Source: Pecten maximus (taxonomy: Eukaryota). Taken from it: DNA of 64,000 bases. A program made the position numbers and the translations under genes. The number at the start of each line of letters is the position of its first letter. Within the stretch, counting starts at the first letter, position 1. Under the pieces are notes generated by a model. It was not told the origin of the DNA. It searched no databases and saw nothing but the letters and a program-made list of their open reading frames with translations. Shown one piece after another: positions 23,766 to 37,562 of the stretch. The stretch lies in the NCBI RefSeq assembly GCF_902652985.1, contig NC_047016.1, forward strand, positions 42,842,001 through 42,906,000, in the 5' to 3' direction.

Positions 23766-26700
23766 GCAATGGACTATTTTCACTAGGGAATATGTTATAA
23801 TTTTTAGTTCTATTAAATTGATTTTAATGTCATTTTCTGATGTAATGTTTCTGAATAACTGGCTATATCTTTCTTACATTAAATGAATGTCGATATCGTA
23901 AACCTGTATAAAATTGACTGAAAAAAATTGTCCCTGGTGTAACAGTCAATGTGAAAAAACACGGTTTGGTATAAAAAGCGATGTGAAACTTGTTTATTAT
24001 GTGGCCTAGATACTATCTCTGATCCCAGTCAACCAGATGTTTGTAGGACATGTGACCCTCCATTGTAAATGACAACACTTATCAAAACCATCTTCATTTC
24101 AAGTAATATCAAATTCACTAGACGGTGGAAATCTACACATATTCTCTAGCATAATTGATTTTTAGGTTTCATACTGTAACAATTGACATTTCTGTACCAA
24201 ATGGGGCTGTATTATTAGATTATTGTTTAAAGGTCATGCTGGCACAAGTAAAAGGTTCCGTTGTAAATGGCATGACATGGTATGAGATGCGATTGCGATA
24301 TGTAGTATTTTTTTTTAATTTGGGAGGGAGGGGGGGGGGGGGGGGGGATTCAGGGTTGGTGGTATACCAGTAAAAATCCTCATTGGTACATCAGTCTGAA
24401 AACAGACAGATGCAACCTGGATTTAGCAGAACCTACCTAACGACGATTGAAGTGTATACGTCATCTTTCGTGGTTTTCTTTATAATAGCAATCTGTATAC
24501 GGCTACCTGTCATTTAACACAACTTGGAGACATCACTTGTCCCTAAAATCCATCTGTCGGTTTTTTTTACACCAAAGGTTGACCCAGATTCATTCGTTAG
24601 TTGATCTTTGTACGCAAGATTGATTGTGTTAATTTAGGTACAACTCATGTATTAAAACAGACAAACAACAGACAAAAATACTGTCATTAGAATCAAATGT
24701 TGTTTTCAAATGCATTGGAGGAACTACATGTCATTACCTGATATACGTTATATGCCAGTCGAAATATAACAACAGTTTGATTAGTTTAATTTATCTAATT
24801 TTGCGTTAGTTTTAAGTGTTATTTTCTATCAATTTCAAACCAGAAACATTTACTTAGGGTCCGATATCTAGTCTATCTCATACAACTTTAAATTTTCACA
24901 TACTACTTCTCAACCTGGCGGGCCTCTTTTCAGCTCCTCAACCTACCGGCAACACTAAAATCTTAACCCGAAAACAATGTTCAATTTACCAAACATTTTT
25001 AATCTGAAGCAAAATTGATAAACATCCTTGTTTTGTGTACAAAATTAAGTTTTCATCACAGGCAGTGAGAACATCCCTTGGTGATGAACAAATAAAACAA
25101 ATTGATTTTGATGACTTAATTAAGATGAAATATGAATATCGCTGATTCTCGGCCAAATTATTGATCATAGGATCAATACGTTAGGGCTTGGTTCGTTCAA
25201 GTGTTGAAACAAACTGAGGAGTATTTCTATCTTTAAACGTGAAGCTGCACATTGTACAACTGTCAGGCACTAAACTGATATAAAATAACAATATAATACC
25301 TAGGCATTGTATGGATTATTTTATTTGGGTTACCTACCACGTGATGCAACAAATTGTCGTAAGGATTTTCTGTAAATATTACACCAGAATAAATATGCAT
25401 ACGTAATGTATTTCGGAGAATGGGGCGCTTCTGATTGCAGTGTCATCAGTCTGATAAAGCTTTTGATATTTACAACGTGTGTCCTTGATTTCACCTTGAT
25501 GCAGTGTTTAGTGTATAGAGTCGAGATTGCTGGCTTTATATTTGTTTTATAATGTAATGTTTGCTTTCGTTCTTAATCCACGTACACATCATACCACTAT
25601 GTCTACAAAAAACACATGGTAATAATCGTTCAAAATTACACCATGTAAACCATCCTATCTCATGGCGTCCTCAGACCACATCCTGCTTGATGTCATCTTA
25701 ACAACTCAGCAACGATTTTTATTTCTTCATCTGATATATACATCTTCCCAACAACGTCAACAAAATAGCAAGACTCATATATGACGTCACAGCATACCAC
25801 AAAGTACATTATGATTTAGACGAAAATATCTTATCTTCTTCAAAAGACTATTACTTAAAAATACACCATTTTGAAGTTTACAAAATTAATAATCACTTGT
25901 CAGTTGATTGTCTAATACGAAAGATAGCATCTTTACAAAAAAATTTAAAACTAGTTGAATGTTACGATTCCGTTAGATTTTATCATTGGTTACGTTAAAG
26001 TTACATTGCTGCTAGCTGTCGGGGAAATTTTGATTAAAAGTTGAAGTAAAGTATATACAGTGATTTCCTTACTAAAATGTATTAAAAGATTTAATCGTCA
26101 AAGGAAATGTCAAGTAGAAGAGTGTATAAAGCGTTTACATAATAGGCATGAAACCTTCCTTTACTATGCACTTGCGAGTTCATGAGAGGTTTTATGGGGA
26201 GTTGGAAGCAAATAAAGCAGGCTAGGATGTAAATTGATTAATTAAAAGAAGAAAAAGCATGAGCGAAACGATGGGACCCCCTGGGTGTCGAATCCATTTA
26301 AAATCTTCTCGATAATGACAGACATGCAACATATTGAGAATACCTACCCATCCTCCCTATTTGGACATTGGCTCAATTTGACTCATCTGTATTGATATGG
26401 TTATCAGTTGCCTACACAAGTATTTTTTCTGGTTGGACAGTACAGTACGAGGAGACGGAGAAAAAGACGTGTACAGACCTCAACAGGTGATACTACAAAC
26501 ATAACACACACACACCGTAATATAACATGCATAGATCTCTTAAGGTGCACAAGTTTTACAGTGGTAGAGATAACCCTTATTTCTTTAAATCAAAGCAATT
26601 CATCAACAAAGTGATATAGTTATTAACTTGCTAAAGAGCTGCTTCCAGGATTTGGCCGATTTTGTCTGTCTGCTTGTATTTGGTGGTGTTCAGAACGCCT

Positions 26701-27894
26701 TACACGCCGTCCACAATGTCTACACACATGTGTCGTATTGTGTAATAAAAAATAAATAAATTTTTTATCCTACTGATGAGAAAAAAGGCCAATAGTTAGC
26801 GGTAAAGTAATTTAAAGTGATTATAACCAGAATTCTCGGTTTTTAAGTAATATAATAATGTCATTAATACACCGATGCAGACTGCAGTCTTTAAATTATA
26901 TAATAGTAACTGTCAATAATACACCGATGCAGAGTGCAGACCTGATAAAAGATCTTTATCGATTTGTGGCCGTCTGCTGACTGGGTGTGTGAGGTAACCG
27001 CACGCCCTGTAACGTTACACAAAGCAGTGTTGTTGTGTCTGGTTGGTCGATGTTACACTACTGTTGTGTGTACGTTATCCTCAGTAATATATTTACAACA
27101 AAGCCCTTTTATACCCATTGTCTTCCTACTAGTAGGTAAAGGTATTCCTTAGATTTGCTTTAAGGTTTCTATACGGAGACCTTGAATTCGTTTTCACAAA
27201 TGTGTTTTCTCCGCGTTTAACGGTTGAAAAATGACAATGATCTGCCACTCTCACTAAACCACTTCAATATGGGGTATAGTTTAATGCATATCACTTTATG
27301 TTGTCATAGTGATTAATAAGAAATGGTTTCATCAGAAATTATCACTTATTAACCGAACAATGATTAAGACTAATGACAAAATCGATCATGTTCATTCTTT
27401 GTAAAACTTCCACGTTATTTTTTTTACAATTGAAATATTTTCAGAGTATTGTTCTGTAATGCTATTCACAAATCTAGTTATATAAACTAATAACTCCATT
27501 GACAAAATAATCACGTGACATAGGATCAACCAAAGACAAAATAGAGAACCAGCATTACCAAGTTCATCAAAAAAGTGGTCTGTATTATTAGATTATTGTC
27601 GAAATAGTTGGTTGACTTTGGCCGTGTTGATAAAGCTTTAAATTAGTTCAATGGGCAGGCTACATCATTCCTGAGGTGTTCTCCGTCTACCTACCATATA
27701 AATCATACAAACGTCCACACACGTCAGCCAAGTATTTCATTCACTGTGATAAAGCTTATCAGATATGACAATGTAACAGACACCTGTATGGCTTGAGTTG
27801 ATTACTTCACCTTAATTGATTCTGGACAGGAAAACGTTGGCCCTGGAAAATTAGCTTTTTGATTGAAAAGACGTGTTTGTCCAGTGTGAGATTA

Positions 27895-29047
27895 GCAATC
27901 TAATGTTGTGGTCAGGATTATTCCTGTATGAGATTAGCCCTGAGTACCAGTAATGTTATGGTCGGGTTTATTCCTGTATGATATTAGCCCTGGGTACCAG
28001 TAATGTTATGGTCGGGTTTATTCCTGTATGATATTAGCCCTGGGTACCAGTAATGTTATGGTCGGGTTTATTCCTGTATGATATTAGCCCTGGGTACCAG
28101 TAATGTTATGGTCCGGATTATTCCTGTATGATATTAGCCCTAGGTACCAGTAATATTATGGTCCGGATTATTCCTGTATGATATTAGCCCTAGGTACCAG
28201 TAATATTATGGTCCGGATTATTCCTGTATGATATTAGCCCTGGGTACCAGTAATGTTATGGTTAGGTTTATTCCTGTATGATATTAGCCCTGGGTACCAG
28301 TAATGTTATGGTCGGGTTTATTCCTGTATGATATTAGCCCTGGGTACCAGTAATGTTATGGTCGGGTTTATTCCTGTATGATATTAGCCCTGGGTACCAG
28401 TAATGTTATGGTCGGGTTTATTCCTGTATGATATTAGCCCTGGGTACCAGTAATGTTATGGTCCGGATTATTCCTGTATGATATTAGCCCTGGGTACCAG
28501 TAATGTTATGGTCGGGTTTATTCCTGTATGATATTAGCCCTGGGTACCAGTAATGTTATGGTTAGGTTTATTCCTGTATGATATTAGCCCTGGGTACCAG
28601 TAATGTTATGGTCGGGTTTATTCCTGTATGATATTAGCCCTGGGTACGAGTAATGTTATGGTCCGGATTATTTCTGTATGATATTAGCCCTGGGTACCAG
28701 TAATGTTATGGTCGGGTTCATTGCTGTATGATATTAGCCCTGGGTACCAGTAATGTTATGGTCGGGTTTATTCCTGTATGATATTAGCCCTGGGTACCAG
28801 TAATGTTATGGTCGGGTTTATTCGTGTATGATATTAGCCCTGGGTACCAGTAATGTTATGGTCGGGTTTATTCCTGTATGATATTAGCCCTGGGTACCAG
28901 TAATGTTATGGTCGGGTTTATTCCTGTATGATATTAGCCCTGGGTACCAGTAATGTTATGGTCGGGTTTATTCCTGTATGATATTAGCCCTGGGTACCAG
29001 TAATGTTATGGTCGGGTTTATTCCTGTATGATATTAGCCCTGGGTAC
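27895..29047. repeat. 50-bp minisatellite, ~22 copies
   Basis: ttcctgtatgatattagccctgggtaccagtaatgttatggtcgggttta repeated head-to-tail with no unique spacers. Confidence 0.97.
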
Positions 29048-32000
29048 ACTAGGTATATCGTGTATACAGTTTCCGACTCTAATGACCGTTGATGTTCAAG
29101 GGGCAACCAGACAAACAAATCAACTCACAAACAACTTTTTCTTCTTTCTTTTTAATTTTAACAGAAGTTAAATAGGACAATTGTTTTTAAAAACATCAGC
29201 TTGTATCGCATTCGATCATTGAGGTCTGCGTTAAATACGGACCTTCCTTGTTTGGTGTTGGAGCAGTTTAATGAAATATCAATAATTGTTATGGGAAAGA
29301 CATTGGTATCACCGGAAACAAATGACGATTAAATGATTGATGACATCTTCTAGGGTTTAGAAAAATTCTTCCGGACAACGGACTTGTTATCTGGAAACCT
29401 CTTTGTGGTGGTAATAAAACAAGTTTTGGGACGAATTACATGTAATGTACATGTTCGTATGGTGAAGAACAATCTAATAGGCCTGATTTTTCGTTGTTCA
29501 TTGTTTTGTGCGCTATTAATTGGGTTGTTTGTTATTGCGCTATTGATTTAGGTCACAGAAAGGTATTGTATGATAAATAAATATCTTATCCTAAATTGTC
29601 GGTAAAATGTAGGAAAAAACGTTTTCTAAGATGAAAGTGACTCGAGTAGGACAATAACAATTTTACGTTATGTCCTTAATATAATTTGCTTATTTTCTTA
29701 TGGGCTATATATCATTTCTTTGACACTATATCTTCAGTAGATATTGTTGATAAAAGCAATCAACACTCTCCGTATCAAAGTAAAGGAATGTTGATATATA
29801 CCATCTAGCCCTGAGCCATGCGGTCCATGTACGGATGACAAGACCGCAAATAGTGTTCATATACCGTAATTATCCCTCTATGTTCAACATTGCTCTCTGT
29901 CCGGGGCCTTTTCTACACGTTACCAGTTGATAAGACATTTACTGCATTGAGTCATTCGCATCAAATTCCTTCCCTACTACGAACATGCTACCTGTTTACA
30001 CGGCTGTTTTACGTAACTCCTTACGTTTAAACATCCTAAAGGTTGGCGGGAGTGTTTGCTTTAGAAATCCTAAAGGTTGGCGGGAGTGTTTGTTTTTGAA
30101 ATCCTAAAGGGTGGCGGGAATGTTTATTGTTATATAAAGCACTTATTCCTCAATTTCATCTCGAAATAGTTGACAAGAAATAGGAAACTGATGACTTTCA
30201 ACATCCTCCTGATATAGATATTATTTCAGGAACATGACGATAAACAACAAACATACAATTCGTAAGTATAAATTTAGAACAATACAAGAGATATCTTTTA
30301 AAAAGATAAACGGCATAGTTGGTGGTGGTTATAATGTAAAACTGCAGGTGAAATAAATCAACGAACTTATTAATAAATGCGTTTCAGCACAGATAACAAA
30401 ATCATATAAGTTTGAATCATTTTTGGTGATTATAAGACTGCATTTGAATCAGGAATATAATTTTATTGATGTGTCATTTTAATAGATACATCCACTTATT
30501 CAGCTTGCATTCAATCTTAATTTGTTTCGTCTTTAACTGCATATCTGTTTTTTTTGCATTTACCACTACATTGACCAATCATATACTTCATCTTGACCAG
30601 TAACGCCACCTTTCGCGCCATATCCGGGGCAAAAACAAAATTATACGGCTATGCCGAAAAACGTTAACATATCCGCACCCACTTAAATCTGCTTTAGCGG
30701 TTTAAATGCACGCGCTGTATAGTAATCATATTGTATGTTAGTATTTAAAATAGTAACATTTTACAGCCCATCGATAACCAGAGTCATTAGGGCCAAAAGG
30801 GATGCACATTTAACATTTTAAAAAAGCCATAGGGTCAACAAAAATTGTGTCATAAACTCAGTACCTGCATTGTATTTTCAACTGAACTAATTCAACATGT
30901 ACGTGTAAAATACCAATTTAAAATATTGCAGGAATTAACCTAATAGTACATCTCATTGATTGCTGTAGGCAGTCATATCGTGTTAGTCCTATATACACAC
31001 TGTATCTGTGGAGAGTGTAACAGGTTGACACGATTAAAAACGTCGATAGCTTGGGGCGACATCTGGTGACAAATATACACCACATTCTTCAACTCTCATT
31101 TACCAGTGTATATCACTATAAACAGGGTGAAGGTATGTCCGTCAAATCAGCAGTGTTATCTCTGCATCTTTAGACGACATGACGATCTAGTGTTATGATT
31201 TGAAGAATGTACATGTGTCACTATGTAAGCTGCTGTTAGGCGTCTATTAGAAGATCAGTGTCCAAGTATAGACAGCCTAAAATGCGTTAGGATAATTATA
31301 TAGATATAATGCTACTAATGTCTTGCTACTAAGGTTATAAAATGTGCCCCACATCTTGGCATCATATAATTAAATGTTTATGTTTCAGACTGTCAACGCA
31401 CCGCTCATAAATCAGTTTAAATACCACCCATTAACAGCAGTATGATGTATAGCTGTTGTTAGCTAATTTATTTACTATAAACATTTGTTTTTTGCGTTTA
31501 TCATTTCTGATGATGTTAGATATATGATGATTTCGTAGAATTACATATTTTTAGTTCAATAACACAGTGATTTATGTACTTCGGCCATTTACATTATTTC
31601 AGGCACATTTGCTTTGATGTTGTCGTTAACGTTAATTGATTAAGATAAGAAATAATTTCATTTTCGTGTATGGATGGTACTAAATATTTTTTTTTAATAT
31701 GTGATTATGCAACAATGACTTCAAAACAATTAAAGATTAATAATTTCTTGCATTTTAAGCACAATATAATGTTAGAATATTTAAAGTAAAATAACAATGG
31801 AATCGAGTGAGTAGGTCTTTTGCATTCAGATAGTAATTTAGATAAGTGATGTAATGATTGAATATATAAAAATATATATACAGTGTACATGTATATATTA
31901 TATAATTCGTATTTCATTATAACAATTAGTCATGTAACGTAAATGCGAAAACCAACCAAAATCATAAGGAACACGTTTTGTTTGTTGTTCTGTCTATTTG

Positions 32001-34179
32001 TCAGCCAATGTCTTCAACCACGGGGACTTGTGAAGTAGCCATCTTGGATTTTTTTATGAAAAAGTGTTTCTCTCACTTTTTTTCATATCTGTGTACATAA
32101 TCTCAACATACCGAGCAAATACTCTCGTGTTTTTGTTAATTATCTAAAGAAAGTCGAAAATCGGCAATTCAACCATAGGCTAATTCAACCCAAGATTTGA
32201 AAATGTTCCACCACTTACATGTTGATGATTTTTCCTCTCATCAATATCATATTACGTACTGTTTAATAGGATAAAAATTGGTTTGCATCCAACGCCCATA
32301 AAGGGTGTATTCTCTAAAAAACACAGTTTTTGTGTCTAAAATGTTATCATCGAAAATGGCATTTTTGAGATTGTTTCTTCCATAACACAGCCAAATGGCG
32401 CGATGGAAACATGATTTTTTTTGTCACAATCATGCCATGAATGTATTCTTTACGGTGACCATCATTTGATTAGATTTTCATTAATATTTTACATAACATG
32501 CACATTTTATCAACACTTGGACAGCTTCTGAAAGGTACAACTTTGAGGAGCCATACAAAACAAACCAAGTGACCTAAATCTTTATACTTTATAGATTTGT
32601 GACCACAACGGCATGGGCAATGCACCACCAACAGGCAATTTTAATCAGAGAAGGGGCCATTTTGGAAACAGGCCCTTTAAGAACTATTCAGCATTTGAAG
32701 AGAAACATAAATTTTAATTCCCGTGTGTTAATAAATTTTCCCCTGAATCTCTACATATATGTCTGTCTGCAATACATAAAGGGTTGGGGTTCAATGCTTT
32801 ACCTTGCCCTGTCTGATACGTTTTTATTATATCAAAGTGCACGTTTTGTCATATTTGGATAAAAACTATCAAAACTGTACAAAACAGGAAGTGTTAACCA
32901 TTTATAACACGCAAACCTGCCTCAAACTCAAAGCACGTAACTTTATCTCCACATAAATATAACGAACAATGAAAATATTAAATGCTCCACGTAGTTTAAT
33001 AGTCTTATACAATTATAAACATCACTTAGTCGCATCAGGTATCCTGTTACACCTGTGCATGTAATTATATCATTTTTAATCTTCTTTAAGGGAAACTGGT
33101 TCTAAGTGATATCCATCCAAGCATAAATTGTATCATAGCGTCAATAACACAAAAATAAACTTAACTATACCATCAGCATCACTTGCATGATATATACAAC
33201 ATCAAACGTAAGATAAAATGTATTACAAAACTGTCAGGATCCAATCGAAAATCCTCGCATGCTTCACACATAACCTTGGGTATGATAGGTGTATGAATAT
33301 TGTATCAAGAAATCATGCATTTGTTCGCCGGAAAACGATTTACTCCCGAATGGCGCGGAGGAAAAAACATAGTTTGTGAAGTTTATGAATCGTTACAATG
33401 AATTTAAAACAAAACCATTTCAAATTTTAAGATTTATATATGAGAGGAATGATTCAATATTATAATTGACTGCTGAAAATAATGTTATTATGAAAAATAG
33501 TTCCCTAATTACAAAATGGAAGCTGTCTCGTAACGTCCGAGGTCATGTGGTGAATTATTTGATACACAAACGAAATTGTGATTGAAACCAGGCAAGCGGC
33601 AATTTAATTTTCAGGGAACGAAATTAATATAAAGACAGAGAAAAATACATGCAATGTATAACGGATTATATTTCATGTTGTATTCACTACATATTGCGAA
33701 ATCCTGTATTACACAACAATTTTTTAATTTGAGACATTCATCAAACCTCTATGGATGTCTAGCAAAGGATACACAGAACAAAACAACATATCAGGTTAGT
33801 GTGTATCTTTTATAAACACCGATGATTTTTGATCAATTTTCCTTTCAAACAAGGGGGCACAAAATCTTTTTTTAAAAATCATAGAAATACTTGCATTTGA
33901 TTAGAAAGAAAAGAAACAGGCCAAGTTGAAATCTATAAACAAATACAAAATATAATATTCTAAAAATAAAAAATAAGACACCTCACACTGTCCACGCCAA
34001 CTAACTACAGAAAGTTTATCATAGATTTTAATTTTGAAAATGTTATACAAGCCTTAATAGATGGGTTGTTTATTGTATAGAGATGATAGCCAGGACCTGC
34101 AGGTGTCCCAACTCGGATAGGGAAATGGAATTGATATATTGGTATCGAGGGGAAGGTAATAATGTTGTATAACATTCAC

Positions 34180-34480
34180 GTTTGGTTTAGTTTAGTATTG
34201 TTTAACGTCCTATCAACAGCTATGGTCATTTCTGGTCGACAATCGGTGTGAGATATGCATGCATGTGGTAAATGTATGTATCTCGGAAGGTTGCAGTATA
34301 TTCGTATTTGTCGCCTTGCGATAGTGCGGAATTGATGTTGACTTTATAGTGCTACCTCACTGAAACGCATTGCCTAAGACATCCAACAGGACACCCCACC
34401 AGGTCATATTATACCGACAACGGGCGAACCAGTCGTCCCACTCTCTAAAATGTTGAGCACTAAGTAGGAGCGGAAACTAG
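34180..34480 (-). mobile_element. SINE (Meta-domain-like family), 3' part
   Basis: Begins with the reverse complement of the SINE tail (tttggtttagttt...tgtttaacgtcctatcaacagctatggtcattt). Body: caccccaccaggtcatattataccgacaacgggcgaaccagtcg. Confidence 0.6.
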
Positions 34481-35664
34481 AAGAAGAAAATCATAACAAA
34501 AAAGACAATAAAAGTCCCAATTTAGCCCCCTCTTACGAGCTGACGTGATGAGTATTCTCGTGGTAATGACCCTCCCCCCCCCCCCCCCCTAAAACCTACG
34601 ATAATTATATAATATCTCTGTTGTTGGTCTTCCTTTAATCTCGGACAACAGCAAGTAAACTTCTCCATGAAGTATAAAAACAAGATATTTATAACATGTA
34701 TTCAATTTGATACAATAGTAATGTGACATTATTATCTTTTTGATGGCAGCTTACCTGAAATGTTTTGTAAATCTGCATAAATAAACGTTTATAAAGCAGC
34801 ATGGATATCTATATCTAAATATCAACACAGAATTTTATAAAGTGAAAATGAGTAATAATGGTGTAATCGTACACCTCCTTCTGTAGTCACACAGAAGAGG
34901 GCGTTAACATACCTATTTGTATAGGTATGTCAGCGTAGGTGAACAGATACTATAGAGTATTAGGTATTCTCTAGATAATTACCTGTGTAATCGGATGCTG
35001 GTAGTATCTTGTAACAGTCAGGTAAGAAAGGTATGTACCCAGTCTCCGCGACTACATACATTGACATTCCAAGGTATAATCTGGAAACTGATATTAAGAC
35101 AAGATAATTCTTTATACAGGTGATAGCATTTAAAGGCTTCTACATTAGACCTCTTAGCAAATACTTAACATATGTTATATTATTGATGTACAAATTCTGA
35201 TTTTGTTTAATTACAGCGACGATTGTTTGTAATTATTTCTTTAAATTTTACCCGAATACTTTTTTTTATATATAACATAATTCCGGAGCCTCGGGAACAC
35301 TCCCATTACAGGACTCTTTTTACAGCTCATTTTCTTAGTCGTGTTTACAAATGAAGCGAGCGTGGTTGTGACTTGTTTAGGATGCTGCCGAATATGGCTA
35401 TCATATGCTGATAAATATACTATCTGCCTTGGCAAACGATGTATAACAGGTGTACCTGATATTTCCTCGCTTCAGTATATATTTCATGCAATAAATTTTG
35501 GTAGAAACATTCGTCCTACAAAATACGTATATCACCGCACAGTTACATAAGTTGTTGTGATAATATATTCAGGTTGATGAGATTAAGCAAGTCAGTATAT
35601 CCTAAGAGGATTTGTCCATTACGAACAAAATATAGAGTCTAATAGTGACAACATGTTTATATGT

Positions 35665-36588
35665 CCACATGTGGCTACCCTGTCATGTTTATGTTTCCTC
35701 GTGTGGCTACCCTGTCATGTTTGTGTTTCCTCGTGTGGTTACCCTGTCATGTTTGTGTTTCCTCGTGTGGTTACCCTGTCATGTTTGTGTTTCCTCATGT
35801 GGTTACCCTGTCATGTTTGTGTTTCCTCGTGTGGTTACCCTGTCATGTTTGTGTTTCCTCGTGTGGTTACCCTGTCATGTTTGTGTTTCCTCATGTGGTT
35901 ACCCTGTCATGTTTGTGTTTCCTCGTGTGGTTACCCTGTCATGTTTGTGTTTCCTCGTGTGGTTACCCTGTCATGTTTGTGTTTCCTCGTGTGGTTACCC
36001 TGTCATGTTTGTGTTTCCTCGTGTGGTTACCCTGTCATGTTTGTGTTTCCTCATGTGGTTACCCTGTCATGTTTGTGTTTCCTCGTGTGGTTACTCTGTC
36101 ATGTTTGTGTTTCCTCATGTGGTTACCCTGTCATGTTTGTGTTTCCTCGTGTGGTTACTCTGTCATGTTTGTGTTTCCTCATGTGGTTACCCTGTCATGT
36201 TTGTGTTTCCTCATGTGGTTACTCTGTCATGTTTGTGTTTCCTCGTGTGGTTACCCTGTCGTGTTTGTGTTTCCTCGTGTGGTTTCCCTGTCATGTTTGT
36301 GTTTCCTCGTGTGGTTACCCTGTCATGTTTATGTTTCCTCGTGTTGTTACCCTGTCATGTTTGTGTTTCCTCGTGTGGTTACCCTGTCATGTTTGTGTGT
36401 CCTCATGTGGTAACCCTGTCATGTTTGTGTTTCCTCGTGTGGTTACCCTGTCATGTTTGTGTTTCCTCGTGTGGTTACTCTGTCATGTTTGTGTTTCCTC
36501 ATGTAATTACCATGTCATGTTTGTGTTTCCTCGTGTGGTTTCCCTTCATGTTTGGGTTTCCTCAAGTGGTTTCCCTGTCATGTTTTTG
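35665..36588. repeat. 32-bp minisatellite (gtgtggttaccctgtcatgtttgtgtttcctc)n, intronic
   Basis: About 28 copies. It explains the three overlapping Cys-rich ORFs in the track. Confidence 0.97.
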
Positions 36589-36695
36589 TGTATAAGGCAT
36601 CCAGGTATGATATTTTATCTGCTTTTTTCAGCGATTGTTCACGTTTTTCTTTGAGGCCTCTCAATTATGTTGGACATCTTAATCTTTCATTGCAG

Positions 36696-36899
36696 GAAAG
36701 AAGCCCAGGCAGCGTTCGATAAATACACACATAACTTTGTGAGGAGGTTAAAGAGGCCAGAAGCTTTGAAAATGTTCGTCAACGAATACAAGCTTTCAGA
36801 TGAGCAAGCAAGTGAAATGTTTGATATTTTCGATATCGACAAGAACGGAGAACTCAGTATTTGGGAATACCAACAGTTCTATACCACATTTGGTGATAG
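36696..36899 (+). CDS. Calmodulin-like EF-hand protein, coding exon 2
   Basis: ctttcattgcag| acceptor and AG|gtaagt donor; encodes KEAQAAFDKY...EMFDIFDIDKNGELSIWEYQQFY with a canonical EF loop DIDKNGELSIWE. Confidence 0.9.
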
Positions 36900-37330
36900 G
36901 TAAGTAATGTGCACCGGCTTGCGTGGATTCTACTGCGAATTCAGCCATAAAGCAGAATTTCTCAGTTCCACAATATTATACAAGGCAACCGTTTGTCAAT
37001 TTGTGATAGAATTTAATCCTGCAGTTCAATTTTTGTGAATCTTAACTGTAGACATTATATGCATAAATTAGGTTAATTTTACTACACATACAAAACACTT
37101 ATTTAACCCCTGCGATCGACATGACGGACTTGCCATTCCTTCATCCCAGTTTGCTACTGGGCCTGAGGAATTTTGCTCATTGATTTATTTTTATTTTGTT
37201 TTTATTTTGTAACAATTATTTTAGATCATGTTTGTTGTTGTTGCTTCTGCTTTTGCTGCTGATGCTGATGCTGCATTTTAAAGACTTGAATCATTGCTAC
37301 AAAATATATTGTTTTCCATTTTTGTTTAAG

Positions 37331-37562
37331 TGTACACGAGGTCTTCGAATTGTTTAACAAGGCCCAGAAAGCTGATGGATCCGGTTTCGTGGACATGGAA
37401 CGCACTTGGGAAGCACTTAAAGAAATAAAGACCAAGTCTGATCGCGTATTGACTGAGGTCGAACTAGAACAATTTCTCCAGAAGGGAACAGACGAAAACA
37501 AAGAAATAGACATTAAAAGATTTATCAACATAATGGTCCGGATAAAAACATTCCGGGGATAA
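37331..37562 (+). CDS. Calmodulin-like EF-hand protein, last coding exon (151 aa total with either first exon)
   Basis: tttgtttaag| phase-2 acceptor; encodes (S)VHEVFELFNKAQKADGSGFVDMERTWEALK...TDENKEIDIKRFINIM...-stop with degenerate EF3/EF4. AATAAA at 37809. Confidence 0.9.

Noticed and set aside
27895-29047. Regular repeat array resembling CRISPR
   Set aside because: Head-to-tail 50-bp units with no unique spacers, no cas genes, eukaryotic context.
34081-34155. Possible 75-nt internal exon for the EF-hand gene
   Set aside because: Open and flanked by ag/gt, but phase 1-1, so it cannot join the phase-2 acceptor at 36696; no other support.
35645-36654. Three long Cys-rich ORFs (316, 333 and 250 aa)
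   Set aside because: All three frames of a stop-free 32-bp minisatellite give the same 32-aa repeat. There is no signal peptide or unique domain, and the array lies in an intron.
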